A stretch of 64,000 bases of DNA from Eledone cirrhosa (lineage: Eukaryota): contig OZ024760.1 in NCBI GenBank assembly GCA_964016885.1, positions 744,001 to 808,000 of the forward strand, read 5' to 3'. Within the stretch, counting starts at the first letter, position 1. The number at the start of each line of letters is the position of its first letter. Positions 47,420 through 62,536 of this stretch are shown here, piece after piece. The notes under the pieces were generated by a model that saw nothing but the letters and a program-made list of their open reading frames with translations, did no database searches and was not told the DNA's origin. A program made the translations under genes and the position numbers.

Positions 47420-47940
47420 AGAAACTCCTGTACCCTCTGTCTTGCCGCCAGAGCTCAGGCCGGTTCCCCCCGACACGCCGCTCTCAATGACATATTGAGA
47501 AGAAGCCTGCACGCAGCTGGCTTTCCATCTCAACTGGAGCCAGCAAGCCTAGACCGCGGAGATGGCAAGCGCCCCGACGGAATCACCCTCTTCCTATTCG
47601 AAGGACGTAGATCCCTCATCTGGGACGCCACCTGCTACGACACGTTTCCGCCTCCAGCTTAGTCGCTTCGTCCACAAACCCCGGCATCACGGCCTGTCAC
47701 GCAGAAGAGCGTAAAATAAATAAATACAGGAGTCTATACGGCCGCTTCCTCTTTGCACCGGTCGCCGTCGAGACCTTGACCATACTTGGACCCCCGTACA
47801 GCCGAGCTCCTCCGCAAGATCGGAACGTCGACGGCCCGTCTGTGGAGGGAGCCCCGCGAGGTTGGATGGCTTTTGCAGCGGGTGTCACTGGCCACCGTCC
47901 AGGGGAATGCTTTTGCCGCGGCGTGCAGCACTTCTGCCCT
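47420..47940 (+). mobile_element. CRE-clade LINE 3' fragment (Zn-knuckle end plus RLE)
   Basis: [49 protein letters not shown]; then AEERKINKY..L..RFLFAPVAVET. Confidence 0.88.
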
Positions 47941-48272
47941 CTTTCCCTAGACCCAAAGCCTAATCCCCCTCCTCCTTCCAACCCCTCTCTTCTGCGACAA
48001 AAGAGCTCTTGCCATCCCCTCCCCTTCCCATTCTTTTTCTTCTTTCTTTTTCTCTTTTTTTTCTCTATATTTCCCTATTCTTTATTTCCTTTTCTTTTTT
48101 TATTATTATTGTCGTTGTCATTATTATTATTATTATTGTTACTGTAAATAATATCATGTTTATACAGTATATATAAATAGTAATTTATACAACTGTGAAT
48201 AAAACACATTATAGTTTAATGCAATTAAAAAAAAAATAATGCTTTGTGCTAGTTAGTTACGATCTCCTAAGG

Positions 48273-49134
48273 CAGAAGTTTTCAAACTTTTTGGGGCCCC
48301 CCTACCCCCCTCATGGCCACGTAATACCTTCAGCGCCCCCTCCCTATTTTCAGAGAGACCTGCCCACACGCAAATTGTAAATAATATATAATAAATAAAA
48401 TCATTATTTACATATAAACAACAGAGGCCACGTGTTGTCCCTCTCCGACAAAAGATTTTTCCCTCAGAAAATCCCCAGTTGATGGATGCGAAATCCGAAA
48501 TGTAGGGACAATTAAATCACTTCCAAGGTAACTCTATCTCTTGTTATTATTTTTACACTCTTTCCTACCTTCCTCTACACCCTATACGCCTCATTCTACA
48601 TTTCCTCTTACATCTCTCTCATTACCACCTGATTCTGTAACCCGAAGATTTACCCATCTGCATTGTTGAGGCTTCCAAAACGACCAATTTTATTATTTCA
48701 CAATGCTTCAAGCAAACTTCAACACTCTCTTATATATATATATATATATATATACTATGTATAAATAAGTATAATATATTTTATTTCATTATATAAATAT
48801 AGAATATGTATCATTTGATATTAAATATACAGTATTTCCCGGCGTCGAAGACGCTACTTTTTTTACTAAAATAAGTCTCAAAAATCAACCATACGTCCTG
48901 GAGGCCGAAGGTTGTTTATTAGTTTTTTTTTCAAATTTTTGGTTCTCAAAATTAAGGTGCGTCCTCGAGGACGAAGCGACTTCGGTGCCGGGAAATACAG
49001 TATATATTTTTTATTTCGCTGTATTTATATATGATATGTATCATTTGATATTTAATATACTATTATATCATTTCTACTGCCACCTTAGGCCCCAATGCTG
49101 CCCTGGACCATCTCGCCTACTTTGAGAACCTCTG
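48273..49134. mobile_element. Non-autonomous hAT DNA transposon
   Basis: TIRs CAGAAGTTTTCAAA / TTTGAGAACCTCTG; 8-bp TSD TCCTAAGG / TCCTCAGG. Confidence 0.75.
48830..49000. mobile_element. Tc1/mariner-type MITE nested in the hAT element
   Basis: TA-CAGTATTTCCCGGCGTCGAAGACGC ... GCGACTTCGGTGCCGGGAAATACAG-TA. Confidence 0.8.
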
Positions 49135-49147
49135 TCCTCAGGTCTAC

Positions 49148-49480
49148 ATTCAAATCCCGCCTAGGTCAACTTTATCTTTCATCTTTCTAGGGTCGATGAA
49201 TGAAGTACAAATTAAGTCGATTTAATCGACTTTCCCATTTCTTACAATTGTTAGCCTTATGCCTAAATCAGTGACAGCATCGGCAGAGCGTCGGACACCA
49301 TGCTTTACAGGATAGAGTTATGACCCTTTACTTTCTGAGTTCAAATCCCGCCGAAGCTAGCTTTGCCTTTCATCCTTACAGAGATAGATAAAATAAAATA
49401 CCAGTAATGCACTGAGGTCGATTTAATCGACTTTCTCCTTCCTCCAAATTGCTGGCCTTGTGCTTAAATCAGAAATCATT
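49148..49480 (+). mobile_element. Two tandem SINE copies
   Basis: SINE core motifs. Confidence 0.8.
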
Positions 49481-50256
49481 ATTATTTTTTTTATATTGAC
49501 TCATTTATTTTACTTTGTCTGTGTGTATGAGTGTGTGTGTCTGTGTAAGTGTGTGTGTAAGTGTGTGTGTGTATGTGTGTAAGTGTGTGTGTATATGTGT
49601 GTGTATGTATGTGTGTGCACGTCTATGTGTGTGTGTAAGTGTATGTATGTGTGTGTGTATGTCTATGTGTGTATCTGTGTGTGTGAGTGTGTGCCTGTGT
49701 TTTAAAGTCTTTTCTGCAGCTTATTGCGAAATAACAAACTTCTTTGCCTCTGTGTACACTAATTAATATAGGCATTTATTTTTTAGACTGATGGTGGTGT
49801 GGGGCAGGTGTGGTTGTAGTGGTGGTGGTGGTGGTGTGGGGCAGGTGTGGTGGTGGTGGTGGTAGTGGGGCAGGTGTGGTGCTGGTGGGGGGGGGGGGGG
49901 GGGTCGTGGTGATGGTGGTGTGGCAACAAGGAGGGTGCTGGGAGACCCTTCTCCCACAAACCGCGCCTCAGTATTTCTGTCATTAAAACTCTAATTATGA
50001 GAGTATCCCAAATTTCATTTTGTTGTTGGCGGCGGCGGTGGAGGGTCAGGGGAGACGATTCTTTTACTGATTACTGAAATATCTAGACTGTGTGTATATA
50101 TATATATGTATATATATGTATATACATATATATAGGTGTGTGTGAGTGTGTGTGTATGTGTATATATATAGAAAGAAACATATATATATGCATATATATA
50201 CATATTCATACATATATATATATATACGAATACACACACACATCATATATATATAT

Positions 50257-50446
50257 AATTGTTTCTACTTTTGGCACAAGGCCAGCAATTACCCAGTGCA
50301 TTACTGGTACTTTATTTTATCGACCCCATAAGGATGAAAGGCAAAGTTAACCTCGGCGGGATTTGAACTCAGAATGGCAAGGGCCGTAACTCTATGCGTC
50401 AAAGCATGGCGTCTGACCCTCTACCGATACTGCCAATCCACCGCCC
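50257..50446 (-). mobile_element. Full-length tRNA-derived SINE
   Basis: Head GGGCGGTGGATTGGCAG, B box GAGTTCAAATC, tail GTAGAAACAATT. Confidence 0.9.
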
Positions 50447-50488
50447 ATATGTATATATATATAATGTATAGATATATACATGTATATA

Positions 50489-50640
50489 TATTGTTATACT
50501 TTGGGAGGGTCATGTTGCCAATAAGAAACACACGCGTGTGTTTCTTATTGGCAACATGACCCTCCCAAAGTATAACAATATCGGTTTCAACACACGATTT
50601 CAGATAAAGAATCTTGCTAAACAAATTCAGAAACGAAACA
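50489..50640. repeat. 92-bp perfect palindrome, family K
   Basis: 50489-50580, centred on CACG|CGTG. Family fragments also at 15901-15948, 28674-28760, 46878-46940 and 62720-62795. Confidence 0.85.
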
Positions 50641-50675
50641 TGTATATATATATATCCATGTATATATATATATCC

Positions 50676-50729
<54 letters not shown>

Positions 50730-50859
50730 GGATATATATATATACATGTATGTATATATACATTATATATATATACATATGGGCGGCGGATTGGCAGTAT
50801 CGGTAGATATATATATATCCATGTATATATATATATATTTTTATTAAATAACAGATTAA

Positions 50860-50910
50860 AGTTTAAGCAAAGAATCGCTGCTTTCACCCTTAACAAGATC
50901 TTCTGAAACT
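50860..50910 (-). ncRNA. Hammerhead-like fold with CAGAAGA (U4A) core, family G
   Basis: Minus strand: AGTTT-CAGAAGA-TCTTGTTAAGGGT-GAAA-GCAGCGATTCTTTGC-TT-AAACT. Confidence 0.5.
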
Positions 50911-51000
50911 AACAAAGTCAATCTGTGAACGCAGAAGTGGATATTTCAAAAAACGTTGCAACCGGTGGAAGACAGGAAGACGATACTTTGGTTCGTGGAA

Positions 51001-51402
51001 ACGTTCTCTGGCAAAGAACGGGAAAAAACGAAGATAATACGTCATTAATAGGAGCAGTGAAAAACAATTACACGCAAAGACAGAACCACGTCTATGGTAT
51101 AAAAGAAGTCGTAGACTAATGTTCTCTTAGGTGGTTCATAGAGACGTTCTCTGGCAATGAACGGAAAAAACGAAGATAATACGTCATTAATAGGAGCAGT
51201 GAAAAACAATTACGCGCAAAGACAGAACCACGTTTATGGTATAAAAGAAGTCGTAGACTAATGTTCTCTTAGGTGGTTCATAGAGACGTTCTCTGGCAAT
51301 GAACGGAAAAAAACGAAGATAATACGTCATATGTGGAGCGTGGAGAACAATTGCACGCAAAGACAAAACCACGTAAATGGTATAGCTGAAGTCGTAGACT
51401 AA
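51001..51402. repeat. ~142-bp tandem repeat, about 2.8 copies
   Basis: ACGTTCTCTGGCAA at 51001, 51144 and 51286. Confidence 0.9.
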
Positions 51403-51727
51403 AATTCTAACTAGGAAACCGAATGATTCTTCGCTTCAGAGTTAAGAATAAAGTAAATCAAATAAAATACAGAGGTAATAGAAATTAAATAAATACATAC
51501 ACGCATGCAAATACGTACATACACAAGCATACGCGAAAACACTCGCCATAGGTATACAAAACCACGCACATATAAATATGTGTGTGTGTGTGTGCGTGTA
51601 TACAAATAAATAAGTAATTAAATAAACTTATATAAATAAATAAATACGTATATAACAAGCGCACACACATACCTACATGTAAATACACAAAAGTTCGGAG
51701 ACTATGTCAACCAAAGCATGGTTGTAT

Positions 51728-51831
<104 letters not shown>

Positions 51832-51964
51832 GCGGTGAATTGGCAGTGTCGGACGCCATGCTTTTATATATATATAAATGCGGATAAGAACACAGACGCA
51901 TGTGAGCTCTCTAGATAACCTTGAGCAACACATATATATATATATGTGTGTGTGTGTGTGTACA

Positions 51965-52043
<79 letters not shown>

Positions 52044-52677
52044 ACACACACACACATATTTATACACCAACACACACACACACATACATACACACAGACA
52101 CACACACAGACAGTGTCTATTGTATAATGACAACGTCAAACCAATTGTAAATCTCATTTTCTCGTCAATGTCCCTAACAAACAATTTACGTTATTTTCTC
52201 CGGCTGAAAATATTAGAGATTGTCTGAGAGAAAAGATACGGCGCATATTTTATAGTTAATGGAATATCTATTAGACTGTTGTTGTGGGTGGTGGCGGTGG
52301 GTGGTGGTGGTGGTGGTGGTGTTGTTCTTGGTGGTGTTGTTGGTTTTGCTGGTAGTGGTGGTGGTGGTGGTGGTGGTGTTGGCGTTGTTGTTGGTGTTGT
52401 TGTTGTTGGTGTTGTTGTTGGTAGTGATGGTGTTGTTGGTGGATGTTGCTGATGTTGTTGGTGAGCAAGGTGTTATTGTTGTTGGTGATGTTGGTGTTGT
52501 TGTTGTTGTTGTTGGTAGTGTTGTCGATATACTGTTGTTGAAGATGATGATGATGACGATATGTCGCAATTTGCAATTGTTTTTATTTATGTCATCAGTG
52601 TTGTTGTTGTTGTTGTATTAGTTGCTTACGATTCCAGTCCCCCCTGGTGACTGTTAATTAAACTCGTGAGACAGAAC

Positions 52678-52719
<42 letters not shown>

Positions 52720-52850
52720 GCAGATGCAGAGACTGACAAATAGTATGAGAGAGGAAGAGAGTATAAGCGTGAGAGAGAGAGAGAGCGGGAGACAGGAAAA
52801 GATAGAGATAGACAGGCAGATTATATATATATATATATATAAAGATAATA

Positions 52851-53040
52851 AGAAAAAGTATGACCCCGACGGCAGAGCTCAAGCCATTTCGACGGCTATT
52901 TCTGGACCAGAAATAGCCATCGAATCGGCTTGAGCTCTGCCGTCGGGGTCACACATTTTCCTATTACCCACTCTACTACCCTAAGTATTGAGTACTCTGG
53001 TCCGTTATGGTCCATCTGGTTCCTTACCACACTCCTTCGT
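52851..53040. mobile_element. Family C hairpin element
   Basis: 52861-52904 is inverted against 52907-52952, centre TTCTGGACCAGAA. Confidence 0.75.
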
Positions 53041-53049
53041 TATATATAA

Positions 53050-53088
<39 letters not shown>

Positions 53089-53130
53089 TAGATAGAGAAA
53101 CAAAGAGAGCGGGCGGTAGATAGATAGAAT

Positions 53131-53208
<78 letters not shown>

Positions 53209-53587
53209 GGAGAGGTAGATAGACAGACAGATAGATAGAGAAAGATAGATGGGTAGAGGTTGATAGATAGATAGAACGACAAAGAGAGAGAGAACGACAA
53301 AGAGAGAGAGAGGGAGAGAGAGAGAGAGCGTGTGTGGGTGTGTAGGGACGGAGTGGGGCCAGGGTGGTGGTGGCGGGTAGTAGCTGTAGTGACATCTGCT
53401 GCATAAGAGAGGAATTCTGAGGTATATTTAGTTTGTTCTTGGCGCACCAACTGTGTCTAACGACATTCACAGAGTGTGTGGTGGTGTGGGACTTACAGCG
53501 TTGATACTACTACTACTACTACTACTACTACTGCTACTAATGCTACTACTACTACTACTACTACTACTGTTACTGCTACTAATGCTG

Positions 53588-53637
<50 letters not shown>

Positions 53638-53645
53638 ACTAATAT

Positions 53646-53683
<38 letters not shown>

Positions 53684-53749
53684 ATGCTGCTACTACTGCT
53701 GCTACTACTAATACTACTACTACTAAGAATAATAATAATAATAATGATT

Positions 53750-54162
53750 TCATTTATTAACCACAAGGGCCGACATGTAGGGGACAATACAAAGACAGGG
53801 ACAGTGGGGGTTTACAATAAGGTGGAGTAAAAGTGCACAATGGCAAGACTAATTTAACAATGAAAATATAAAAAATATAAGATAAACTATGCATAAATAT
53901 AACAAAATAAATTCCCCTATAGGGGGTGGACGACCCTGGGGTGACTCGGGTACCCCACCCATCCTGAACCACCCTGCGCTTCTAGAGCACCCGGGGAGAG
54001 CACCCCTCTCCTCAAGTTAGCTAGTCTATAGGCGCAGGGTCAGAGTAGGCCCATTCACACGGGCCATTCTCGCCACATTCACCCACCTTTTAGCAAATGT
54101 ACTGGGGGGGGGGGGCACTTCTCTCTCCACCCTCACCTTCCTTTCGAGGTGAAACTTGAAGA
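53750..54162 (-). mobile_element. Second copy of the possible Tx1-like 3' end
   Basis: FFKFHLERKVRVEREV...KRWVNVARMARVNGP; lies in (TAC)n. Confidence 0.5.
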
Positions 54163-54270
54163 ATACTACTGCTACTACTACTGCTACTACTACTACTGCT
54201 ACTACTACTACTGCTACTACTACTACAACTACTTCTACTGCTGCTGCTACTACTATTGCATTACTATTAC

Positions 54271-54319
<49 letters not shown>

Positions 54320-54354
54320 GATTACTACTACAATAATTGATTCTACTATAGGTA

Positions 54355-55192
54355 GTTCAGCAATGTTGGGGGAAGGGAAAATCGATTAAATCGATCCCAG
54401 TGCATTACTGGTACTTTATTTTATCGACCACAAAAGGATGAAAGGCAAAGCTAGCCTCGGCGGGATTCTAACTCAGAACGTAAAGGGCCGTAACTCTACG
54501 CCACAAAGCATGTCATCCAACGCTCTACCGATCACTGCCAATTACCACCTTAATTACTACTACAATAATAATAATTGTTTCTACATTTGCTTCAAGGCCA
54601 GCAATTTGAAGGGAGAGGAAAATTTGATGAGATCGACCCGAGTACATAACAGGTACTTTATTTTCTCGACCTCGGGAAGATGACAGGGGAATTTTACCTC
54701 GGCAGGATTTGAACTCAGAACGTAGAAAGTCGCAAATCATTTTATCCGACGATTTAATCGACTCCCCCCCACCACCACCACCAAAAAAATTCATGGCCTT
54801 GCGCCTATGGCAGTATCGGTGGAGCGTCAGACACCATGATTTGCAGCACTGAGTTATGGCCCTTTACGTTCTGGATTCAAATCCCGCCGGGGTTAGCTTT
54901 GCCTTTCATCCTTACGGGGTCGATAAAATAAGGTACCAGTCACGCACTGGGGTCGATTCGACTTTCCCCTTCCCCATTATTACAGAGAACAAAGGGGAGA
55001 TGGGTTGGCAGAATCGGTAGAGGGTCGGACGCCATGCTTTGTAGCATAGAGTTATGTCCCTTTACGTTCTGAGTTCAAATCCTGCCAGGGTTAGCTTTGC
55101 CTTTGGTCCTTACGGGGTCGGGGTCGGTAAAATAAAGTACCAGTAATGCACTGGGTAATTGCTGGCCTTGTGCCTAAATCAGAAACCATTAT
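54355..55192. mobile_element. Cluster of four SINEs (two minus, then two plus)
   Basis: 54355-54550 (-), 54572-54725 (-), 54808-54970 (+) and 55005-55192 (+). Confidence 0.85.
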
Positions 55193-55254
55193 TAACCCTT
55201 TCCTCTGAAGACTGCCAACTTATTCCTACTCTAATATGTCGTCGCCTCGTGGTC

Positions 55255-55590
55255 CCAGTCGACAGGATGGTGAAGACATTGCCACGGAAGACGACGTGGG
55301 AGAGGCTCTGGAACAGCGACTCCAGTTCTCGGGGCTCGCACCTGCGGGCATCCCAACTCCGATCCGATAGCAGACAGCGAGGGAGACGTGCAGGAACTGC
55401 CACTCCACCTTGTGGAGCCCAACTCCGCTCCGATAGCAGTGAGCAGGTATGTGGTCAAAGGGACCAGGAACATCGTTTGTCTCCACAACTAGTAAGGCTC
55501 GGTTCGGCACGAAGGAAACTATGTATGGTAAATGACACTTTCCCGTGCTGGTACGCAACGGGACCAAATCCGGGCGGGTCAGCATCATGA
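55255..55590 (-). mobile_element. CRE-clade RLE fragment
   Basis: EPRELESLFQSLSHVVFRGNVFTIL; VVETNDVPGP. Confidence 0.7.
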
Positions 55591-55898
55591 TTGGAAGGGA
55601 TCTTCTTAACTATTCGGCCACGTTGAACCCCCAAACTTACAACAACAACAACAACAACAAAATTAATAATAGCTACAACAACCACCACAACAGCAGCAAC
55701 AACAACAACAACAACAGCAACCACAACAACATCATTGAGATAGAAACCACTTTGGTTCCTTATCAAATCTGGACAGTTTCCAATACATCAATAGACTGTG
55801 ACTAAATCTTAGACTTATTAAAGGTAATCCTATTGAAACTATTTCGTATATTTAGAAATCTCGTTTCTTGTTATTTGGGATGATTTATTATTATTATT

Positions 55899-56090
55899 GC
55901 GGTGGTATGGCAGAATCGGTAGAGCGTCAGACACCATGTTTTACAACATAGAGTTGTGGCCCTTTACGTTCTGAGGTCAAATCCTGCCGAGGTTAACTTT
56001 GCCTTTCATCCTTACGGGGTCGGTCGATAAAATAAAGTACCAGTAATACACTGGGGTAACTGCTGGCCTTGTGCCCAAAGTAGAAACAAT
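55899..56090 (+). mobile_element. tRNA-derived SINE
   Basis: Head and core motifs. Confidence 0.88.
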
Positions 56091-56413
56091 GATTATTATT
56101 ATTTTCTTTTTTTTTTTTTGCTTTTGCTTTCATAGAGGCGAATATGTAGTTTTATATACTTTTTACTACATTTGTATCTACCTATATACTCACACATACG
56201 CGCACACGTGTACAGACACACAAACACACACACACACACACATATATATATATTTTACACACATACACACACACATTTGTATGTGTGTGCCTGTGTATTT
56301 ATACACTTAATTGCGTATATATATATATATATATATACGTTACGTGAACATGTGTGTGTATGTATGTATGTCTATATATGCATTTATACATATAATATAT
56401 ATATATATATATG

Positions 56414-56471
<58 letters not shown>

Positions 56472-57665
56472 TAAAGGAACCAAATAAATATATATATTTT
56501 TTTTTAAATAAGACTCCAGTTGCATTTTCGATTTCATCTTTTTTTCTTTATACTTTCACTCGTGTAGGACACCTCGGTTATTTTTCATTTTGTAAAAAAA
56601 ACCTCACTTTCTAATATATATAAATATATATATATTTGTGTGTGTGTGTGTGTGTCTGTGTGTGTGTGTGTGTGTATAAATATACCACATTGCTATATAT
56701 TACCATATTACTATATTTCGCTGTAAATATATGTACAAATTCTTGTGTACAATAATTATTCAGTAATAAACTAAACTGTCTAAATAAATCTCCAGAAGAA
56801 TTTAAGATTAAATTATCTTGAGAATTAGAATTCCAAGACTCATAATCTCTCTTAGTTTCCTGTTGTTGTTCCAAAGACAGATTTCTCTGGGTGTTTTTCT
56901 GTCTATGTTTTCTGTATAATGTTGACACAGCGTATGGCTGTATGTGTGTGTGAATGTGTGTATGTGTGCGTATGTGTGCGTGTGTGTGATGTATGTATGT
57001 GTGTGTGTATGTGTGTATGTATATATGTATGTGTGTATGTACGTGTGTGTGTGTATGTGTGCTTGTGTGAATGTATGTATGTGTGTGTATGTGCGTGTGT
57101 GTGATGTATGTGTGTGTGTGTGCATGTGTGTATGTATATATGTATGTGTGTATGTATGTGCATGTGTGTGTGTGTATGTATGTATGTGTGCTTGTGTGAG
57201 TGTATGTATGTGTGTGTGTATGTATATATGTATGTGTATGTATGTGTGTGTGTATGTATGTGTGTTTGTGTGAGTGTATGTATGTGTGTGTGTGTATGTA
57301 TGTGTGTGTATGTGCGTGTGTGTGATGTATGTGTGTGTGTGTATGTGTGTATGTATATATGTATGTGTGTATGTATGTGCATGTGTGTGTATGTATGTAT
57401 GCTTGTGTGAGTGTATGTATGTGTGTGTGTGTAAGTGCGTGTGTGTGATGTATGTATGTGTGTGTGTATGTGTGTATGTATATAAGTATGTGTGTATGTA
57501 TGTACATGTGTGTGTGTGTATGCATGTATGTGTGCTTGTGTGAGTGTATGTATGTGTAGACCCGTGATTCCTGTTGGAATCGTAGGGGCGCCGTAGTGGC
57601 ATAAAGCGTGTCTTTAGTGAGAGAGGGAGAGAGAGACAGAGAGTGAGAGAGAGAGAGAGAGAGAG

Positions 57666-57722
<57 letters not shown>

Positions 57723-58344
57723 GAGAAAGTGATACAGAGAGAAGGATGAGAGAGAGAATGAGAGTGAGAGAAAAGAGGGTGATAGAGAGAGAAAGAGTGA
57801 TAGACAGTGAAAGAAAGGGAGTTTGTAAGACAGAAAAAGAGTGATAGAGAGTGATGGAAAGAGAGTGAGAGTGAGAGAAAGAGTGATACAGGGGAAAGAA
57901 TAGAGAGTGAGAGAGGATGTGTGATAGGCATGACCAGGGCCTCCAAGAGAAAATTTACAAGGCTGTACAAGACCCCTTTGGGTCTCGAATAAGGCAAAGA
58001 TTTTTCTCAAAATGGATGTGTTATGCTTGCTGTGGGCCTTCTTATTTCTTGGCCCCTGGAACAAAGTACTGGCTGGACCCACCTCTTATAGGCCTTAGCC
58101 ATGACGTGAGGAAGAGATACAGTATACACGAAAAATCGAACCCAGTACTGGACTGATATTTTTTTTTTTTTTGATCGATTTTAGTCGACAAGATTGTCAG
58201 GCTGAGTTGACCTGTTGACCTTGGTGAGATTTTAAACTTAAAGCGCAGAGAACAACAACAAATATATCGAAGAATTTTATCGGATGTTTGAATGATTCTG
58301 CCAATTCGCTGACTACAGAAGAAGTATGACCTAATGGTTAATAA

Positions 58345-58652
58345 CAGACCTGCCAACCTCTAAAAACCCAAATCGGGAGTACCACGAAAAGACGTGCCCC
58401 AAACGGGGAGAAATGAGGCAAAATGGGGAGATTTTACATAATGAAAGTTATACCCATTTTCACAAGAGAAGACATCTCTCACCCACCCCTAACTTGGTGG
58501 GATATCTCTCCGTCCGACAGGGTGTGTTGACAGGTTTGATATATATATATCAGATCTGCCAACCTCCAAAAACCCAAACGGAGAGTACCATGAAAAAAAG
58601 GGCCCCAAATCGGGGAGAAAAATGAGGCAAAATGGGGAGATTTTACATAATT
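58345..58652. mobile_element. MITE-like element with CAGACCTGCCAAC/GTTGACAGGTTTG ends, plus a truncated second copy
   Basis: TIRs at 58345 and 58538. The 5' part is repeated at 58551-58651. No clear TSD. Confidence 0.55.
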
Positions 58653-58654
58653 GA

Positions 58655-58851
58655 TTCTACTTTTTGGCACAAGGCCAGCAATTACCCAGTACATTACTGG
58701 TACTTTATTTTATCGACCCCGTAAGGATGAAAGTCAAAGTTAACCTCGGCGGGATTTGAACGAGTTTCTACTTTTGGCACAAGGCCAGCAATTACCACAA
58801 TGCATTACTGGTACTTTATTTTATCCACCCTGTAAGGATGAAAGGCAAAGT

Positions 58852-58852
<1 letters not shown>
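58655..58852 (-). mobile_element. Two truncated SINE copies
   Basis: SINE 3' parts. Confidence 0.85.
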
Positions 58853-58906
<54 letters not shown>

Positions 58907-58968
58907 GTATTTTTATATATATATATGAATATAAATATATATATGCATCTAAATATATATATATAAAA

Positions 58969-59059
<91 letters not shown>

Positions 59060-59370
59060 CATACATACATCGGCTTTCGTCAGACGTCTCTCAGGTGTAA
59101 TAACTTTTTCATAATCTTGAAGGATAAATAAATGAAAAAAATATATTTTTCTCTTTTTAACCTTATCAGGTTTATCTGAATTTTGAAAGAAGTTTTCAAG
59201 ATAATTGCCTAACGTTATTGCCAGTAATGTGCCACAAGCGAATCCAAAGACCCAGTTTTCAAGACGGAGCTTAAATCAAAAAGATATTTTATTTATATAC
59301 CATATATATATAGCACAGACACACAGACACATTTTATATGTATATATGTATATATATATGTACATATATG

Positions 59371-59469
<99 letters not shown>

Positions 59470-59526
59470 ATATATATATATATGTATATATCTATCTCTC
59501 TATATATATATGTATATATCTATCTC

Positions 59527-59581
<55 letters not shown>

Positions 59582-59584
59582 TTA

Positions 59585-59643
<59 letters not shown>

Positions 59644-59809
59644 GTATATATATTTATATATACATATATATATATGTATATATATATGTATATATATTTA
59701 TATATACATATATATATATGTATATATATATGTATATATATTTATATATACATATATATATATATATACACGCACATGCACGTCTAACAGGTAACTCCCA
59801 ATCTCCCCC

Positions 59810-59878
<69 letters not shown>

Positions 59879-59956
59879 GTAGATGTCAAGTATATCGGTC
59901 ATTAACCTCAGTTAAAAAAGGTACTTAATACATTAATACAGTGTAAGCATCATCAT

Positions 59957-60135
59957 TGCCAATATCGGTAGAAGGTCGGACGCTATGCTTTGCAGCAGAG
60001 TTACGGCCCTTTACGGACTGAGTTCAAATCCCGCCGAGGTTAATTTTGCCTTTCATTCTTACGGGATCGATAAAATAAAGTACCAGTAATACACTGGGAT
60101 AATTGCTGGCCTTGTGCCAAAAGTAGAAACAATTA
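59957..60135 (+). mobile_element. tRNA-derived SINE
   Basis: Core motifs. Confidence 0.85.
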
Positions 60136-60260
60136 TTTAATATAGAAATGGCTTCTACAGAACTACAACTGTTTCATTCGTATGAAATCATTACTAATAC
60201 CCGATATATTACAAGAGGCATATCTGCAGGGTTGCATAACTACTCCTCATGATTGTATGA

Positions 60261-60337
60261 GCATCTGATGATGTCTCATGGAGACTGTCAATTGATATAG
60301 CCATTGCGTAACGATGTCGTTGAAATGTGTATTGTGC
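60261..60337 (+). ncRNA. Degenerate hammerhead motif (family L)
   Basis: GCAT-CTGATGA-...-GAAA-TGTGTA-TT-GTGC; stem II pairs poorly. Confidence 0.5.
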
Positions 60338-60609
60338 AATAAAACAATTACGTAAAAGTAACTCAATATTTTGTGTGCATATAACAAAGAGGGTGTGGTA
60401 AGATACCAGGTGGACCATAACTCACCAGAGTACTCAATACTTAGAGTAGTAGAGTCGGTAATAGGAAAAGAGTCAGGACCCCAACAGCTGAGTTCCAGTT
60501 CGAATCTAGCTGTCGAAACTGCCGAGTTCAGCCGTCGGGGTCCTGACTATTTTAATATATTTGTATTTATTTATTTATTTATTTATTTATTTATTGTTAG
60601 GACAGAGTA

Positions 60610-60798
60610 AAGCTTAAGCAAAGAATTCCTGCTTTCACCCCATTACGAGATCTTCTGACTCTATACAGGGTTATTCAAAAAGAATGAACCGATTTCATTG
60701 CAATGCGTCATGAAATAGGTTCATTCTTTTTGAATAACCCTGTATAGAGTCAGAAGATCTCGTAATGGGGTGAAAGCAGGAATTCTTTGCTTAAGCTT
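60610..60798. repeat. Fold-back of family G enclosing a mariner-TIR-like core
   Basis: 60610-60698 is inverted against 60710-60798. Inner part TA-CAGGGTTATTCAAAAAGAATGAACC...GAATAACCCTG-TA. Confidence 0.75.
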
Positions 60799-60836
60799 AT
60801 ATATGGTCCACCTCGTATCTTACCACACCTTCTTTG

Positions 60837-60891
<55 letters not shown>

Positions 60892-60893
60892 CA

Positions 60894-61041
<148 letters not shown>

Positions 61042-61056
61042 TATACATATATATAC

Positions 61057-61155
<99 letters not shown>

Positions 61156-61156
61156 A

Positions 61157-62536
<1,380 letters not shown>

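Noticed and set aside
50570-50610. Family K as a hammerhead
   Set aside because: The core reads CTGAAAT, lacking G8/A9, and stem II is unconvincing.
56700-56940. Possible host exon on the minus strand (PYAVSTLYRKH...)
   Set aside because: Open frame with a CAG upstream, but no recognisable protein similarity or partner exons; needs RNA-seq.
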